Shown: piece after piece, positions 1-12,671 of the stretch
Numbering within the stretch: the stretch's first letter is position 1
How the letters are laid out: every line of letters begins with the position of its first letter
Assembly (NCBI GenBank): GCA_026770705.1
Contig: JANJGN010000034.1
Location: 11,160,001-11,224,000, forward strand
DNA length: 64,000 nt
Source: Isurus oxyrinchus
Lineage: Eukaryota
Direction: 5' to 3'
Position numbers and translations under genes: made by a program
Notes under the pieces: generated by a model
What the model was told of the DNA's origin: nothing
Seen by the model: only the letters and a program-made list of their open reading frames with translations
Database searches by the model: none

Positions 1-3000
1 GCGCTGGGACTGTTTAAGTATCGGTGCAGTGACTGCATAGTTTATGTACTGGCAATTTGAGAGTTACTGTGCTGGGGCTGAGTGAGTTTCTGCGCTGGGA
101 CTTTGCGGATTCCTGTGCTGCGAATCTGTGAGGTTCTGTGCTGGGACTGTGTGCGTTTATGTACTGGGGCCGGATGAGTTCTGTGCTGGCAATTTGTGAG
201 TTTCTGTGCTTGACTGCGTGAGTTTCTGTGCTGGGATTTTGTGTATTTCTGTGCTGGGAATCTCTAACTTTCTGTAGTGGGACTGTGTGAGTTTCTGTGC
301 TGGGACTGGGTGAGTTTCACTGCTGGGACTGTGTGAGTTTCTGTGCTGGGACTGTGTGAGTTTCTGTGCTTGGACGGGGTGGGTCTATGTGCTGGGACTC
401 TTTGAGTTTCTGAGCTGTGACTTTCTGGATATCTGTGCTGGGAATCTGTGAGTTTCTGCCCTGAGGCAGTGTGACTTTCCGTTCTGGGGCTATGTGAGTT
501 TCTCTGCTGGGACTCTGTCAGTTTCTGTTCTAGGACAATGCTATTTTCTGTTCAGGGACTGTGTGATTTTCTGTGATGGGACTGCATCGTTTCTGTTCTG
601 ACAATGTATGAGTTACTGTGCAGGATCTATGTGAGTTACTGTCCTGGGACTGCGTGAGTTTCTGAGCTGTGACTTTCCGGATCTCTGTGCTGGGAATCTC
701 TGAGTTTCTGTAGTGGGACTTTGTGAGTTTCTGTGCTGGGACTGCATATATTATTGTCTGAGATTGTGTGAGTTTCTGTGCTGGAACTCGTTGTGTTTCT
801 GAGCTGGGACTTTCTGGATTTCTGTGCTGGGAATCTGCCCTGAGACGGTGTGACTTTCTGTTCTGGGTCTGTGTGAGTTTCTGTGCTGGGTCTGTGTGAG
901 TTTCTGTGATGGGACTGTGTGAGGTTATGTGCTAGGATTCTGTCAGGTTCTGTTCTAACACAATGCGAGTTTCTGTTCTGGGGCTTTGTGAATTTCTGTG
1001 CTGGGACTATGTCAGTTTCTGTGCTGGAACTGTGTGAGTTTCTCTGCTGTAACTGCTTAGTTTATGTACTGGAAATTTGAGAGCTACTGTGCTGGGGCTG
1101 TGTGAGATTCTGTGCTGGGACATTTTGGATTCCTGTGCTGGGAATCTGTGAAGTTCTGTGCTGGGACAATGTCAGGTTCTGTTCTAGTGTTATGCGAATT
1201 TCTCTTCTCGGGCTGTGTGAATTTCCATGCTGGGATTATTTGAGTTTCTGTGCTGGGACTGTTTGAGATGCTGAGATGGGACTTTGTGGATTTCTGTACT
1301 GGGAATCTGTGAGTTTCTGTGCGGTGACTGTGTTAGTTTCTGTGCTGGGACTCTGTCAGTTTCTGTACTGGAAATGTGTGAGTTACTGTGATGTGACTAT
1401 ATGAGTTCCTGTGCTGGGACTGCATAGTTTCTGTACTGGCAATTTGAGAGTTTCTGTGCTGGGACTGTGTGAGTTTCTGTGCTGGGACTATGTCAGGTTG
1501 TGTTTTACCACTATGCGAGTTTCTCTTCTGAGGCTGTTTGAATTTCTGTGCAGGGACTGTGTGAGTTTCAGCGCTGGGACAGCTGGAGTTTCTGAGCTGG
1601 GACTTTGTGGATTTCTGTGCTGGGAATCTGTGAGTTTCTGGTCTGGGGCTATGTGAATTTCTGTGGTGGAACTATATGAGTTTCTATGCTGGAACTGCGT
1701 GAGTTTCTGTGCTGGAATTGTGTGAGAATCTGTGCTGGGACTGTTTGAGTTCCTGTGCTGGGATTCTGTCAGAGTCTGTTCTAGAACTATGCGAGTTTCT
1801 TTTCTGGGGCTGTGTGCAATTTTGTGCTGGGACTATGTCGGTTTCTGTGCTGAGGCTGTTGGAGTTTCTCTGCTGTGTCTGCATATTTTCTGTACTGGCA
1901 ATTTGACAGCTTCTGTGCTGGGACTGTTTGAGCTTTAGTGCTGGGACAGCTTGAGTTTCTGAGCTGGGACTTTGTGGATATCTGTGCTGGGAATCTGTGA
2001 GTTTCTGTTCTGGGGCTGGGTGAATTTCTGTGCAGGGGCTATGTGCGTTTCTGTGCTGGAACTGCGTGAGTTTCAATGCTGGAACTGTGTGAGATTCTGT
2101 GCTAGGACTGTTTGAGTTCCTGTGCTGGGACTGCAGAGTTTCGGTACTGGCAATTTGCTGTTACGGTCCTGAGACTGTGTGAGTTTCTGTGCTGGGGCTG
2201 GGAGTGCTAATGTGCTGGGACTGTCTGTGTCTCTGCGCTGGGACTGTGTGGATTTCTGTACTGGGACAGTGTATTTTTGTGCTGGGACTGTGTAAGTTAT
2301 TGTGTTTTGACTTTGTTAAATGCTGTGTTGGGAATGTGTGAGTCTCTGTGTAGGGAATGTGTGAGTTTCTGTGTTAATGCTGCATGGTTCTCTGTGCTTG
2401 GAATGGGTGAGTTTAACTTTTTGGACTATGGGAGTTTCTGTCCTGAGACTGCGTGAGTTTCTGTGCTGGAACTGTGTGAGCTTCTGTGCTGGGACTGTGT
2501 GAGTTTCTGCGCTGGGAGTCTGTCAGGTTCTGTTCTAGCACTATGCGAGTTCCTGTTCAGGGGCTGTATGAATTGCTGTCCTGGGATTGCAAGAGTTTCT
2601 ATCTTAGACTGTGCGTTTCTGTGCTCAGACTGTGTTGGTTTTTTGTGCTGGGACTGTCTAAGTTTCTGAGCTGGGACTATGTGGATTTCTGTGCTGGGAA
2701 ACTGTTAGTTACTATGCTAGGACTGTGTGAGTTTCTGTGCTGGGTCTGTGTGAGGTTTTGTGCAGGGACTGTCTAAGGTTCAGTGCAGTGACTACATAGT
2801 TTCTGTAATGGAAATGTGACAGTTACTGAGCTGGGGCTGGGTGAGTTTCTGTGCTGGGACTTAATGGATTCTTCTGCTGGGAAACTATGAATTTCTGTGA
2901 TGGGACTGTGTGAGTTTCTCTGCTGGGGCTGTGAGAGTTTCTGTGCTGGGACTGTACGACATATTGTGTTGTGACTTTCTGTGCTGGGACTGCCTGAGGT

Positions 3001-5620
3001 TCTATTTTGGGACTGTGAGTGTTTCTGTGCTGGGACTCTGTCAGATTCTGTTCTAGCACTATGTGATATTCTCTTTGGGGCTGTGTGAGTTTCTGTGCTG
3101 GGATCGGGTGAGTTCTATGCTGGGACTGCGTGAGTTTCTGTGCTGGGGCTGCATAAGGTTCTGTCTGAGACTGTTTGATTTTCTGAGCTGGGACTTTTTG
3201 TATCTCTGTGCAGGAAATCTGTGAGTTTCTGTGCGGGAACTGTTTGAGTTTCTGTGCTGGGACTGTGTAAATTATTATGTTCTGACTTTGTTAATTGCTG
3301 TGCTGTGAATGTGCGAATTTGTGTTGGGAATGTGTGAGTTTCTGTATTAAGGCTGTATGGTTCTCTCATATTGGAACGTGTGAGTTTAACTCCAGGGTCT
3401 GTGGGAGTTTATGTGAGGAGGCTGTGTGAGTTGCGCTGCTGGGGCAGAATGAGCCTTTGTGCTGGGAATGTGTAGGTTTCTGTACTGGAACAGTGTGAGT
3501 TTCTGTGCTGGGACTAATTGAGTTTCTGTGCTGTGACTGCATTGTTTCTGTATTGGCAATGTGAGAGCTACTGTGCTGGGACAGTGTGAATTTCTGTGCT
3601 GGAACTGTTTGAGTTTCTGTGCTGGGATTGCATCGTTTCTGTACTGGCAATATTTGAATTACTGTGCTGGGACTGTGTGAGTTACTTCTGATGGGACTGT
3701 GTGAGTTTCTCAGGTGGGACTTTGTAGATTTCTGTGCTGGGTCTCTGTCAGGTTCTATTCTAGTACTATGCGATTTTCTCTTCTGGGCCTGTGTGTGAAT
3801 TTCTGTGCTGGGACTGTGTGAGTTTCTGGGCTGGCATTGCATGAGTTTCTGTCTGAGACTGTGTGAGTTTCTGTGCTGGGGCTGCGTGAGTTTCTGTGCT
3901 AGGACTGTGTGAGTTTCTATGCTGGGACTGCATGAGTTTCTGTGCTGGGACTGTGTACGTTATTAAAGTGTGACTTTGGGAATTGCTGTGGTGGGACTGC
4001 ATGAGTCTCTGTGTTGGGAATGTCTGAGTTTCTGTCTGAAGACTGCACGAATCACTGTGCTGGGAATGACTGAGTTTACATTCCAGTGCAGCGTCAGTTT
4101 CTGTGTTGGGACTGTGTGAGTTTCTATGCTAAGACTGTATGAGCCCCTGTGCTTGGATGGTGTGAGTTTAACTTCTAGGCCTGTGTGAGTTTCTGTGAGG
4201 AGACTCTGCGAGTTTCAGTACTGGGTCAGTGCTAGTCTCTGTGCTGAAACTGCGTGTGTTTCTGCATTGGAACTGTATGAGTTTCTGTGCTGGGGCTGCA
4301 CGAGACCCTGCGCTGGGACTTTGTGAGCTTCAGTGCTGTGTAGGTTTCTGTGCGGGGCAGCGGGGCTTCTGTACTGGCAACGTGTGAGTCCCTGTGCTGG
4401 GCCTGTCTGAGTAACTGCCTTGCAACAGTGTCAATTTCTGTGTTGGGACTATGTGCGTTTCTGTGTTGGGACTGTGTGCTGAGCATGTGTGATTTTGTGT
4501 GCTGCTACAGCTTCAGTTTCTGTGTTGGGACTATGTGAGTTCATGTGTTGGGGCCCGTGAGTTTCTAAACTGGCACTGCACTTGGGCGTTGTAAGTTTCT
4601 TTGCTGGAACTGTGTGAGTTTCTATGCTGGGACTGTATGAGTTTCTATGCTGGGACTGTGGGAGTTTCTGTCCTCGAACTGTGTCAGTCTCTGTGCTGGG
4701 ACTGTGTGAGTTTCTGTGTTGGGACTGTACGAGTTTCCGTGCTGGGATTGTGTGCGCTTCAGTGCTGGGGCTGTGTGAGCACCTGTACTGGAAATATGTT
4801 AATTTATTTCCTGGGACTGTGAGAGTCCTTTCATTGGGGCAGCGTGAGTGTATGTTCTGGGGCTGTGTGAGTTTCTGTGCTGGGACTGTATGAGTCCTTG
4901 TGTTGTGATTGTGTGAGTTCATGTTCTGGCACTGTGCGAGTCTCTGTGATAGGACTGTGTGAATTCTTGTACTGGAAATGTATGAGTTTTTGTGCTGGGT
5001 CTGCACCCGTCTCTGTGCTGCCACTGTGTAAGTTACTGTAATGGAACTGTGTGCGTTTCTGTGCTGGGAGTGGTTAAGCTGCTGTGCTGGGTCTGGATGA
5101 GATTCTGTGCTGGGACTGTATATCCCTGAACCTGGATTTTGTGAGTTCCTGTCCTGGGAATGTGGTAGGCTCTGTGCTGGGGCTTTGTGCTTTCGTGTGC
5201 TGCAACAGTGTCAGTTTCTGTGTTGGGACTGTATGAGGTTCTGTGTTGGGACTGTGTGAGCTTCCGAGTTAACAACGCATGCGTCTCAGTTCTGGAATGG
5301 TATGAGATTATCTTCTAAATATATGTGTGCTTCAGTGCTGTGACTGTGAGAATTTCTTTGCCGGGACTGTTTGACCTCCTGTTCTGGAAATGTGTGAGTT
5401 CATGTGCTGGAACTGTGTGAGTTTATTTTATGGGACTGTAAGTTTCCGTGCTGGGCTTGTGTGAGTCTCTGTGGTGGGACTGTGTGAGTTTCTGTGCAGG
5501 GATAGTGTTATTTTCTGTGCTGGTCATGTGTGAGTTTCTTTGCTGGGACTGTGAGAGTCTTTGCGCTGCAGCTATATGGATTGCTGTGTTTGTACCTTGT
5601 GCTTTGAGACTATGAAGCAG
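1..5620. repeat. Degenerate satellite/minisatellite array, ~23-bp monomer (consensus TTTCTGTGCTGGGACTGTGTGAG)
   Basis: Near-perfect adjacent monomers at 315-375; the motif recurs throughout with strong G/T strand bias; the array runs off the left edge of the window. Confidence 0.95.
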
Positions 5621-5759
5621 TATCTGGTCGGTCTGTGTATACGTCAGGGTGTAGACCCTCTCTGAATGTCGAACTTGTTCAGCCCCTCCTTATTACTTAT
5701 ATCTGGCCCTTGTAGATTTACATCTCCCGGATTTGGGCATGTGCTCTGAGGGGGAAAAT

Positions 5760-6478
5760 AAAAGCTCCAAGAACTTAATCAATGGGAGAATAGAGGAATT
5801 GGATGGAATCCGAGGTGGAGAACCGCTAATAGGGAAAGCAAGTATAAATGTGGGCCTTATTTCAAAGAGAATGGGGTATACAAATAGGGAATTCTTGCTA
5901 AAATTATACAAGGCACTACTTAGACCCTTCCCAGAATGCTGTGAAAGTTTTTGCTCCCTTTATATAAGGAACGAAAAACTGTCATTGGAGGCAGTCCAGA
6001 GAAGGTTCACTAGGTTGATTCCGGGTATGGAGGGATTTTCTTATGCAGAGCGGTTGAATTGTTTCGGCCTGCATTTATTGGAGTTTAGAATAATGAGAGT
6101 CGATCTTAATGAAACACATAAGATTCTCAGGGGCTTTTACAGGGTAGATGCTGAGAGGTTTTTTCCCCTTGTGGGAGAGTCTAGGGCCATAGGGCATAAG
6201 CACAGAGAAGCGGGTCTCCCATTTAAAACAGAGATGAGGAGGACTTTCTTCTCTCAGAGGGTAGTTAATCTGTGGAATTCTTTACCACAAAGGGCTGCAG
6301 TACATTCAAGGTAGAGTTAGATTGGTTTTTATTCAGGAGAGGAATCAAGGGTTATGGAGAAAAGGCAGGAAAGTGGAGTTGAGCATTATCAGATCAGACA
6401 TGATTTCATTCAATGGCGGAGCAGACTCGATGGACTGAATGGCCTACTTATGCTCCTATGTCTTATGGTCTTATGGCC
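5760..6478 (+). mobile_element. CR1-type LINE, 3' fragment
   Basis: ORF 5733-6314 has CR1 ORF2 C-terminal motifs (LEAVQRRFTRLIPG, FFSQRVVNLWNSLP); ends in a short tandem tail (tcttatgg). Confidence 0.9.
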
Positions 6479-6484
6479 TAACTC

Positions 6485-6700
6485 GGCCTGATCCTTGAGC
6501 CTCCTTTTCTCTCTTTGTTGTTAGAATCTCAACTATTTTTCTCATGCTTCTCTCTTTTACTTTTTCTCACTTCATGTTCTCCATGTTTTTAACCTGATCA
6601 TTTCTTCTACAGCTTTTGCTCCCTCTCTGTTTCTTTTTCTAAGACCCTCTTCCTTTCTTATCCATGAATCTTTATTTCCCCTTCTCTCGACCCCTTCACA
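6485..6700. repeat. Pyrimidine-rich low-complexity tract
   Basis: CT-rich sequence with no long ORF. Confidence 0.6.
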
Positions 6701-7575
6701 GCTGAGTATGATAGTGACCTCCGGTTCATGTGAATTTCACGGGTGTTTTATTTCTTCAGCCTCCAAACTTTATTTCGTTCAACATTTACACTTCATGAAT
6801 CTGTATCCAGATGCAGGGAACTCCTGATCTGGTTACTGAATATCTCTAAGACCCTCAAACCATCGTTTGTAGTAGCTTCCATCCGCCAGCAGAGGGTGGG
6901 GTTGCATCGCCTTGATCACAAAACAAACAGGTTTCAGGCGGTGATAGGCACGGACACTTCATTAATTCGTTCATCCAGAAGACGAAAGATCCCCTATTGC
7001 AGCAGCCAGCCGAATGCAAATTGACACCAAGCGGAACATTTATTGCACTGGGCTGGGAGCGGCTCCCCATCTAATGTGCCCGCCTGGGGCGACCTTTAAA
7101 GTTTCCCGACAGAGCGATCTGCTGGCTTTTGATGTCAAAAAGCTGGGGATCAAAGATAAACGGTTCTGTTGCATTACAGAGCACAGGAAAGTCACCCAAG
7201 GAACTTGCTGAACACAGTTGCCAGTTCCCAATGCAAAAACCTTGTCAACGGTATCAATGATGTTATGTCATTAGGTGAGTAATCCATTAAACAAGGGTTC
7301 AAATCTAACCATGGCATTTTAATATTGTGAAAGCAGTTTTGACAAATTTGGAAAAAAATAAAAAAAAAACACTGATTTGCATGAAAGCGACCACGATGCT
7401 GATTTAATGTGACAAGAGGGTATGTTAATCTTGTCTTTCAAAATGTGACTCCAGCCCCACATCAAAACCTTGATGCTAAGCTGCCCTGACTGGCTTCGAA
7501 ACCCATCTCATTATATCAAACTCAGGACAGGAAAGACCGAGCAGCAGGTAAATGTGGAAGTTGCCTTTTAATCCA

Positions 7576-7677
7576 AAACAAAAACAGAATTACCTGGAAA
7601 AACTCAGCAGGTCTGGCAGCATCGGCGGAGAAGAAAAGAGTTGACGTTTCGAGTCCTCATGACCCTTCGACAGAACT
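7576..7677 (-). mobile_element. Penelope-like (PLE) terminal mini-element with hammerhead-like motif and target-site duplication
   Basis: Reverse complement matches the 3' end of the PLE copies (24811-24910, 38528-38628); flanked by direct repeat CTTTTAATCCA (7565-7575, 7676-7686). Confidence 0.9.
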
Positions 7678-8200
7678 TTTAATCCACCGTCGACAAAACC
7701 GACTTAGAAGATCTAAGCATGAAGTGAGGCTTGAAGGATTTAATCTAGCGAACTCTCAATCCGACCCTTTGTTAATATCTGCTGCTAGTTGGCACTGAGG
7801 TCGTCGTTCATTACACTGGACCTGGTAAGGGAATCGATGGAGAGAGTCAACACTGTCCAGTGAAGCTATTTTACAAGGCAACCGGGAATCCTGCATGAAA
7901 CAAGGTCCAATGGGGGAAACACGTTATATTATTCCAAAGAATAACCAGCCGGAAAGTCCTATTGATCTCCAGAGAGCCGTCCCTGCTCCATTTCAGCAGT
8001 GTGTTGGGAATGGAAGCAGATTTGGGACTGTAGGTCAAATCTCCCCACAGTGAGAATTTAATATGTTAGCAATTACTTTCTAATAGATCCCAATCGCAAA
8101 ACTTTCTACAATATGAACTTCTTGTTCTAAGTCATTGAATAAGTTGTGTTCAGCTATTGATGAGCTCCATTTGTGAGAATCGGGTGAATCCACCTGCATC

Positions 8201-8365
8201 TCATTTACAGTTAACAGCAGCGTATTCACTTGGCTCCTGAATCTGGAGATGAATTCCAGGTTTGTGAAAGTTTGAGAAACTGAGTGCGGCGTACAGAATC
8301 TCCTCACTTGGAGCTGATTTGGATGTAGTCTCTCGAATATTAACATTACTGTCCGGGCCATGACT
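8201..8365 (-). CDS. Siglec/MAG-like receptor exon 8 (terminal; ITIM ILYAAL and distal SEYAAV)
   Basis: Acceptor ctgttacag|AGT, phase 0; SHGPDS...EEILYAALSF...PSEYAAVNCK*. Confidence 0.88.
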   Translation of the reverse strand, partial: SHGPDSNVNIRETTSKSAPSEEILYAALSFSNFHKPGIHLQIQEPSEYAAVNCK

Positions 8366-8676
8366 CTGTAACAGAAAGCTGTGTGTTAGACATGAAGCGA
8401 GTGGAATGGATGGGATTATCATATCTGTAACACAATAATCTCTTTCATTCTATCTCTGACACAAATCTACTGTTCATACTCAATTAGAAAAAGTACTTTA
8501 AATTCTACATTTTAATTTTAACAGAAATCTGCTAGACAAGAAATTTCCATGACGTTTTGACCAGGTCCATATCCAGCGCATCACCTCCAGTCAGTGGATT
8601 AGTGTGGTTAGAAATAGATTAATAATCAGGTATATCTCGCCATTCTAAGTTGGTGAGTTTCCTTCATCTCACTAAC

Positions 8677-8764
8677 CTGCGTGGTCCAGGGGCGATGCAC
8701 CACAGCATAAGTCGCCGAATCATTGTTGGTTGTGGGGACACAAGCGATGTCACTTGACATCTTC
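8677..8764 (-). CDS. Siglec/MAG-like receptor exon 7 (cytoplasmic)
   Basis: Acceptor catcag|G and donor CAG|gttagt; 88 nt, phase 2->0, bridging the TM exon and the last exon; KMSSDIACVPTTNNDSATYAVVHRPWTTQ. Confidence 0.82.
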
Positions 8765-10246
8765 CTGATGATTAAATAAAAGCAAGAAAAATCTCATTGC
8801 TGCTTGGATTGAAGTTTCATATACCTACTAGAGTCAGTGAGTTCAATTACAGCTGCCTGCTGTACCATCAGGAACTTTGCCCTCTTTCATTTCCTGATTA
8901 AAATTGACCCAGTTTGGTTCCTGTTTACTTATTGCCCGTAAACCTACATCTTCCTATGTGAAGGTTTACCTCTATCTCAGAAAGGTTATCAATGAGTTGG
9001 ACCTGCCATCACTGGGAGAGTTTAGCAACAGATAGAATTTTTCATCGCCTGCTTAGAGAGCTTGTAACACCTGGCCAAATATCGGGCACAGTCATTCCAC
9101 ACATTAAGTTAACATTATTTAAAATATATATCAATTTTTAAAAAAATACAAAGTGTGCACACCGAACACGTGTAAGGGAGAGTTACTGCTTGTTATCATT
9201 ACGTTAGAAAGATGATTATGGGTTTCATACAGTGTCATAACAATATTTTAAGTAGCAAACAAATGTTTCATACAGCCGGTTCATAAATTGTTAAGAAGCA
9301 GGAGTTCTCGATATTGGCTTAACATGTTGTGCACAGAGCTGACTGGAGAGATTAATGTAATATCCTAAAATGAACTTCTAAACTAGCAGGCAGGACTTCC
9401 TGTTGAAATAACCGAAAACGACGAGCAAAAAAAGAAACGATTAGGGGGCCAGTCAAAGATAGACCATCATGTTTAAACTTCCATGGCAAACGGTTCCTCC
9501 AATTACAGTCTCTCACTCCCTTCCTGACACTCCCTCCCGCAGGCTCCAGGGTGAGGCAGAAAGGGTTCGAGGAATAAAGGGAAACCTGAGCCTTCAATGT
9601 TCCTCGCAGATCCCATCAGATTGTCCAAACCGGTCCCGGAGACCACCGGGAGCAGGTTTTACCTGTAGCAACACTGATGCTCACTGTGATCCACCTTTGC
9701 TCCAGTAAGGAACTCATGCAATTACCTCTTGAAGGCAAGACTAGAGTCAAGCACCCATCACACCTGAAGGAAGTGTATACCAGTATTGCACTCAAACATT
9801 AGTCACTGACATTGCCCAGGTTAAATACAGATTGGTAGAAATTGGACTTTAGCAATACATTTTACTTTTCGCGTTCAGTTTGGAAACCTGGATTGTGTTT
9901 TGTTCTCAATTCCAAATGACGTTTGTCTAATGCAATTCGCTTCCTGTTTCTTCATTCAGCTCTGGAGAACTGGGGCTAACACACAATTTCATTCCCATAT
10001 GCATGTGAGAGCTCATTCAGATCAATAGCCCAGTGCAGGATTGACCAGGGGATATGAGCCTATGTCATTCCCTTATCTTCACTGCATAAGGGCAAGGGCT
10101 TCCATTAACTGCCCCTTCACAACTCTTAGCTCACTTTCAGGGCCATGAATTTCAGGGCGAATCTTTTTAGCAATAGCTCCACTGAGGCAGAAATCCTAAT
10201 ACCCCTTTGAAATCTGTGTTTAACTATTTATGCAGCACACACATAC

Positions 10247-10331
10247 CTGCGCACCTTCACTGCGATCAGAATCAGAATGATAACTGCGGCAACTGTTCCA
10301 ACTGGGATGAAGATTATCCAGGGGAAAATTC
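10247..10331 (-). CDS. Siglec/MAG-like receptor exon 6 (transmembrane)
   Basis: tattttag|GA...CGCAG|gtatgt; IFPWIIFIPVGTVAAVIILILIAVKVRR, a hydrophobic helix followed by basic stop-transfer residues. Confidence 0.88.
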
Positions 10332-10499
10332 CTAAAATATTCAAAAATATCTTGTTGTACATTATTGGCCTACGGTACAATTTAGTTGCAAGATAGCTTA
10401 TTTCTGAATGTAAAAACACCTATGTCATTTAATAAATAGCAGTCTGAGTTATTCTATCATTTCCTCAAACTCAGGTCTTAATCTCATTAAAAATCCCGT

Positions 10500-11290
10500 T
10501 TGTGGTTTGGGTGTTGTGTTGTGGACTCTTCACCCCTCATGGCTGCTCTGATTATGATCTCAACCCCGCTTTCCTGTCTGTCCCCATAATCCCCGACTTC
10601 CTTGTCGATAAAAAATCTGTCTAACTCAGCCTTGAATACATTCAATTACCCAGTCTTCACTGCTTCCTGGAGAAGTGAATCTCACAGAGTAACGACCTTG
10701 TGAGAGAAAAAAAATCTCACCTCAGTCTTACATGCAGGACTCCTAAGTTTTAAACTGTGACCCCAGTTCTAGCACCCCAACATCATCTCAGAATCGACTC
10801 GTTCAAGTCACCTCAGGATCTTATATGATTCATTGAGATTGGCTTTTATTCTGTAAAACTGCAATGGGTATAGGCCCAACCTGTTAACATTTCCCCATGA
10901 GATAACCCCTTCGCGCAAGGAATCAGTTGAATGGACCCTTTTCTGAACTGCCTCTAATGCAATTGTATCTTTTACTAGATAAGGAGACCAAAACTGTACG
11001 AAATATTCCAGATGTGGTCTCACTAGGGTCTTGTACAGCTGTAACAGCACCTCTCTACTTTTATGCCCGAATCCCGCTTACAATAAAGGCCAACATTCCA
11101 TGTGTCTGCCCAATCGCTAGCTGCACCTACGTCCTAATGTTTTTGTAATTCATGTACCAGGAAACCTAAATCCCTCTGTACCATGAAGTTCTGCAGTCTT
11201 TCTCCATTTAAATAACAAACTGTTTTTCTTTCCTGCCAATTTGGACAAGTTCACATTTCTCCACGTTACACTTCAGCTGCATCTTTTCCC
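10500..11290 (-). mobile_element. CR1-type LINE, decayed 3' fragment
   Basis: ORF 10808-11050: LLQLYKTLVRPHLEYFVQFWSPY...LEAVQKR. Confidence 0.85.
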
Positions 11291-11436
11291 CACTCACGTA
11301 AACATGGTGACTCTGGTTAATTGCATTATGAATTTCTAAACGCCCTGTTACAGCCCCCTTCACAATGAATTTTAGCGTTTTCCATCTGACTCAAACTAAG
11401 CTAATTGGCTGATTGTTAACTGATTTCTGTCCCCCT

Positions 11437-11795
11437 CATAGTGGTATTATCACTGGACTGGTATTCCAGACAGCTAGAGTAATGCTCTTGGGATCCAGGT
11501 TCAAATCCCATCGTGCCAGATGATGAAATTTGAGTTCAGTAAAAATCTGGGATGAAAATTCTGATGGAGACCATGAAACCATTGCCGATTGTCGTATAAA
11601 CACATTTGTTTAATCAATGACCTTTAGGGAAGGAGATCTGCTGCATTTACCTGGTCTACTCTGTGTGCGACTTTAGGCTCACAGCAATGTGCTTGACTCT
11701 TAAAAATAGCCTCTGAACAAGGGCAATTAGGGGATGGACAACAATGTTTACCTAGTCAGCGATACCCACAATTAATGAGCGAATTGAAAAAAAAA
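11437..11795 (+). mobile_element. tRNA-derived SINE (near full length)
   Basis: A/B-box-like head (tagtggt...ggttcaaatccc), conserved core (ggaaggagatctgc...acagcaatgtg) and tail caagggcaattagggg; homologous copies elsewhere in the window. Confidence 0.8.
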
Positions 11796-11804
11796 CACAG
11801 AGGG

Positions 11805-12021
11805 CATTTAAGAGTCAACCACGTAGGCCAGCAGCTTTCTTTCCCTAATGGGCATTAGTGAGCCAAACTAGATTTTACTATAACTGACAATGGTTTTATG
11901 GCCATCATTAATTCCAGGTTTTTTTATTGACTATAAATTTCACCATCTGCCATGGTGGGATTTGAGCCTAGGTTCCCATTAGCATGGGTCCCTGGTCCAG
12001 TGGCAATACCACTGTGCCACC
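11805..12021 (-). mobile_element. tRNA-derived SINE, same family, inverted relative to the adjacent copy
   Basis: Reverse complement of the head and core of 11437-11795. Confidence 0.75.
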
Positions 12022-12383
12022 ATCTTCCCTCTCCTTTTGCCCCTGAGCGAGATATAAATGGGCATCTGGGGCATGGGTTATTGGTGCGGGCTGCTGATAG
12101 GATAGGCTACGGATTCCTATCAGATTCTGAAAAGGGAACTGGACTTTCTCAATTGTTTATTTTAATTCACAAAATGTCATTTTTAAGATAATTTGGCAAG
12201 TGCAAGACGACTGAATTTTAAAATACGTGGCTCTGATTGCTGATTGGTCAATGATGGAAATACAATTAGACATAGTTTCAATATTGAACTGACAAATGGA
12301 GCTGGAATGTTGTGAAACTATTCTAATTGAGTTAGTGACTGAAATGTGACTCCAATATATTATTCAATAGATTAAACAAGTAC

Positions 12384-12671
12384 CCTCAGTGTGGAGCTGG
12401 TATTTGCTGATAGAATCATCGTATTTACTTGTTGCTTCACACGAAATCATGTTACCAGTTCCTGGTGGTAGGGACAGTCTCAGCGAGCTCTGCACCAGGG
12501 ACCTATTTACCGCCCAGGTGATGATTTCAACATCTGACATGATCCCAGGGAGGATTCCCCCATTGAGGCTCCATGTAATGTTTGCAGGTGGATTGGCTCT
12601 AATTCTGCAAGTACAATTAATCCAATATGCAGTGGTAGTGCAGATCGGGCCCACTATTATTCTAGGTTTAT
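12384..12671 (-). CDS. Siglec/MAG-like receptor exon 5 (membrane-proximal C2-set Ig, duplicate b)
   Basis: tttttag|AT...GAGG|gtactt; 288 nt, phase 1-1; KPRIIVGPIC...NCTCRIRANPPANITW...ISCEATSKY. Confidence 0.9.

Noticed and set aside
1411-5275. Many Cys/Leu-rich (+) and Gln/Thr/His-rich (-) ORFs up to 191 aa
   Set aside because: Translations of the 23-bp satellite; no splice structure or domain
7180-7274. Plus-strand exon-like segment with a strong donor (ATTAG|gtgagt)
   Set aside because: No partner exons or recognisable product
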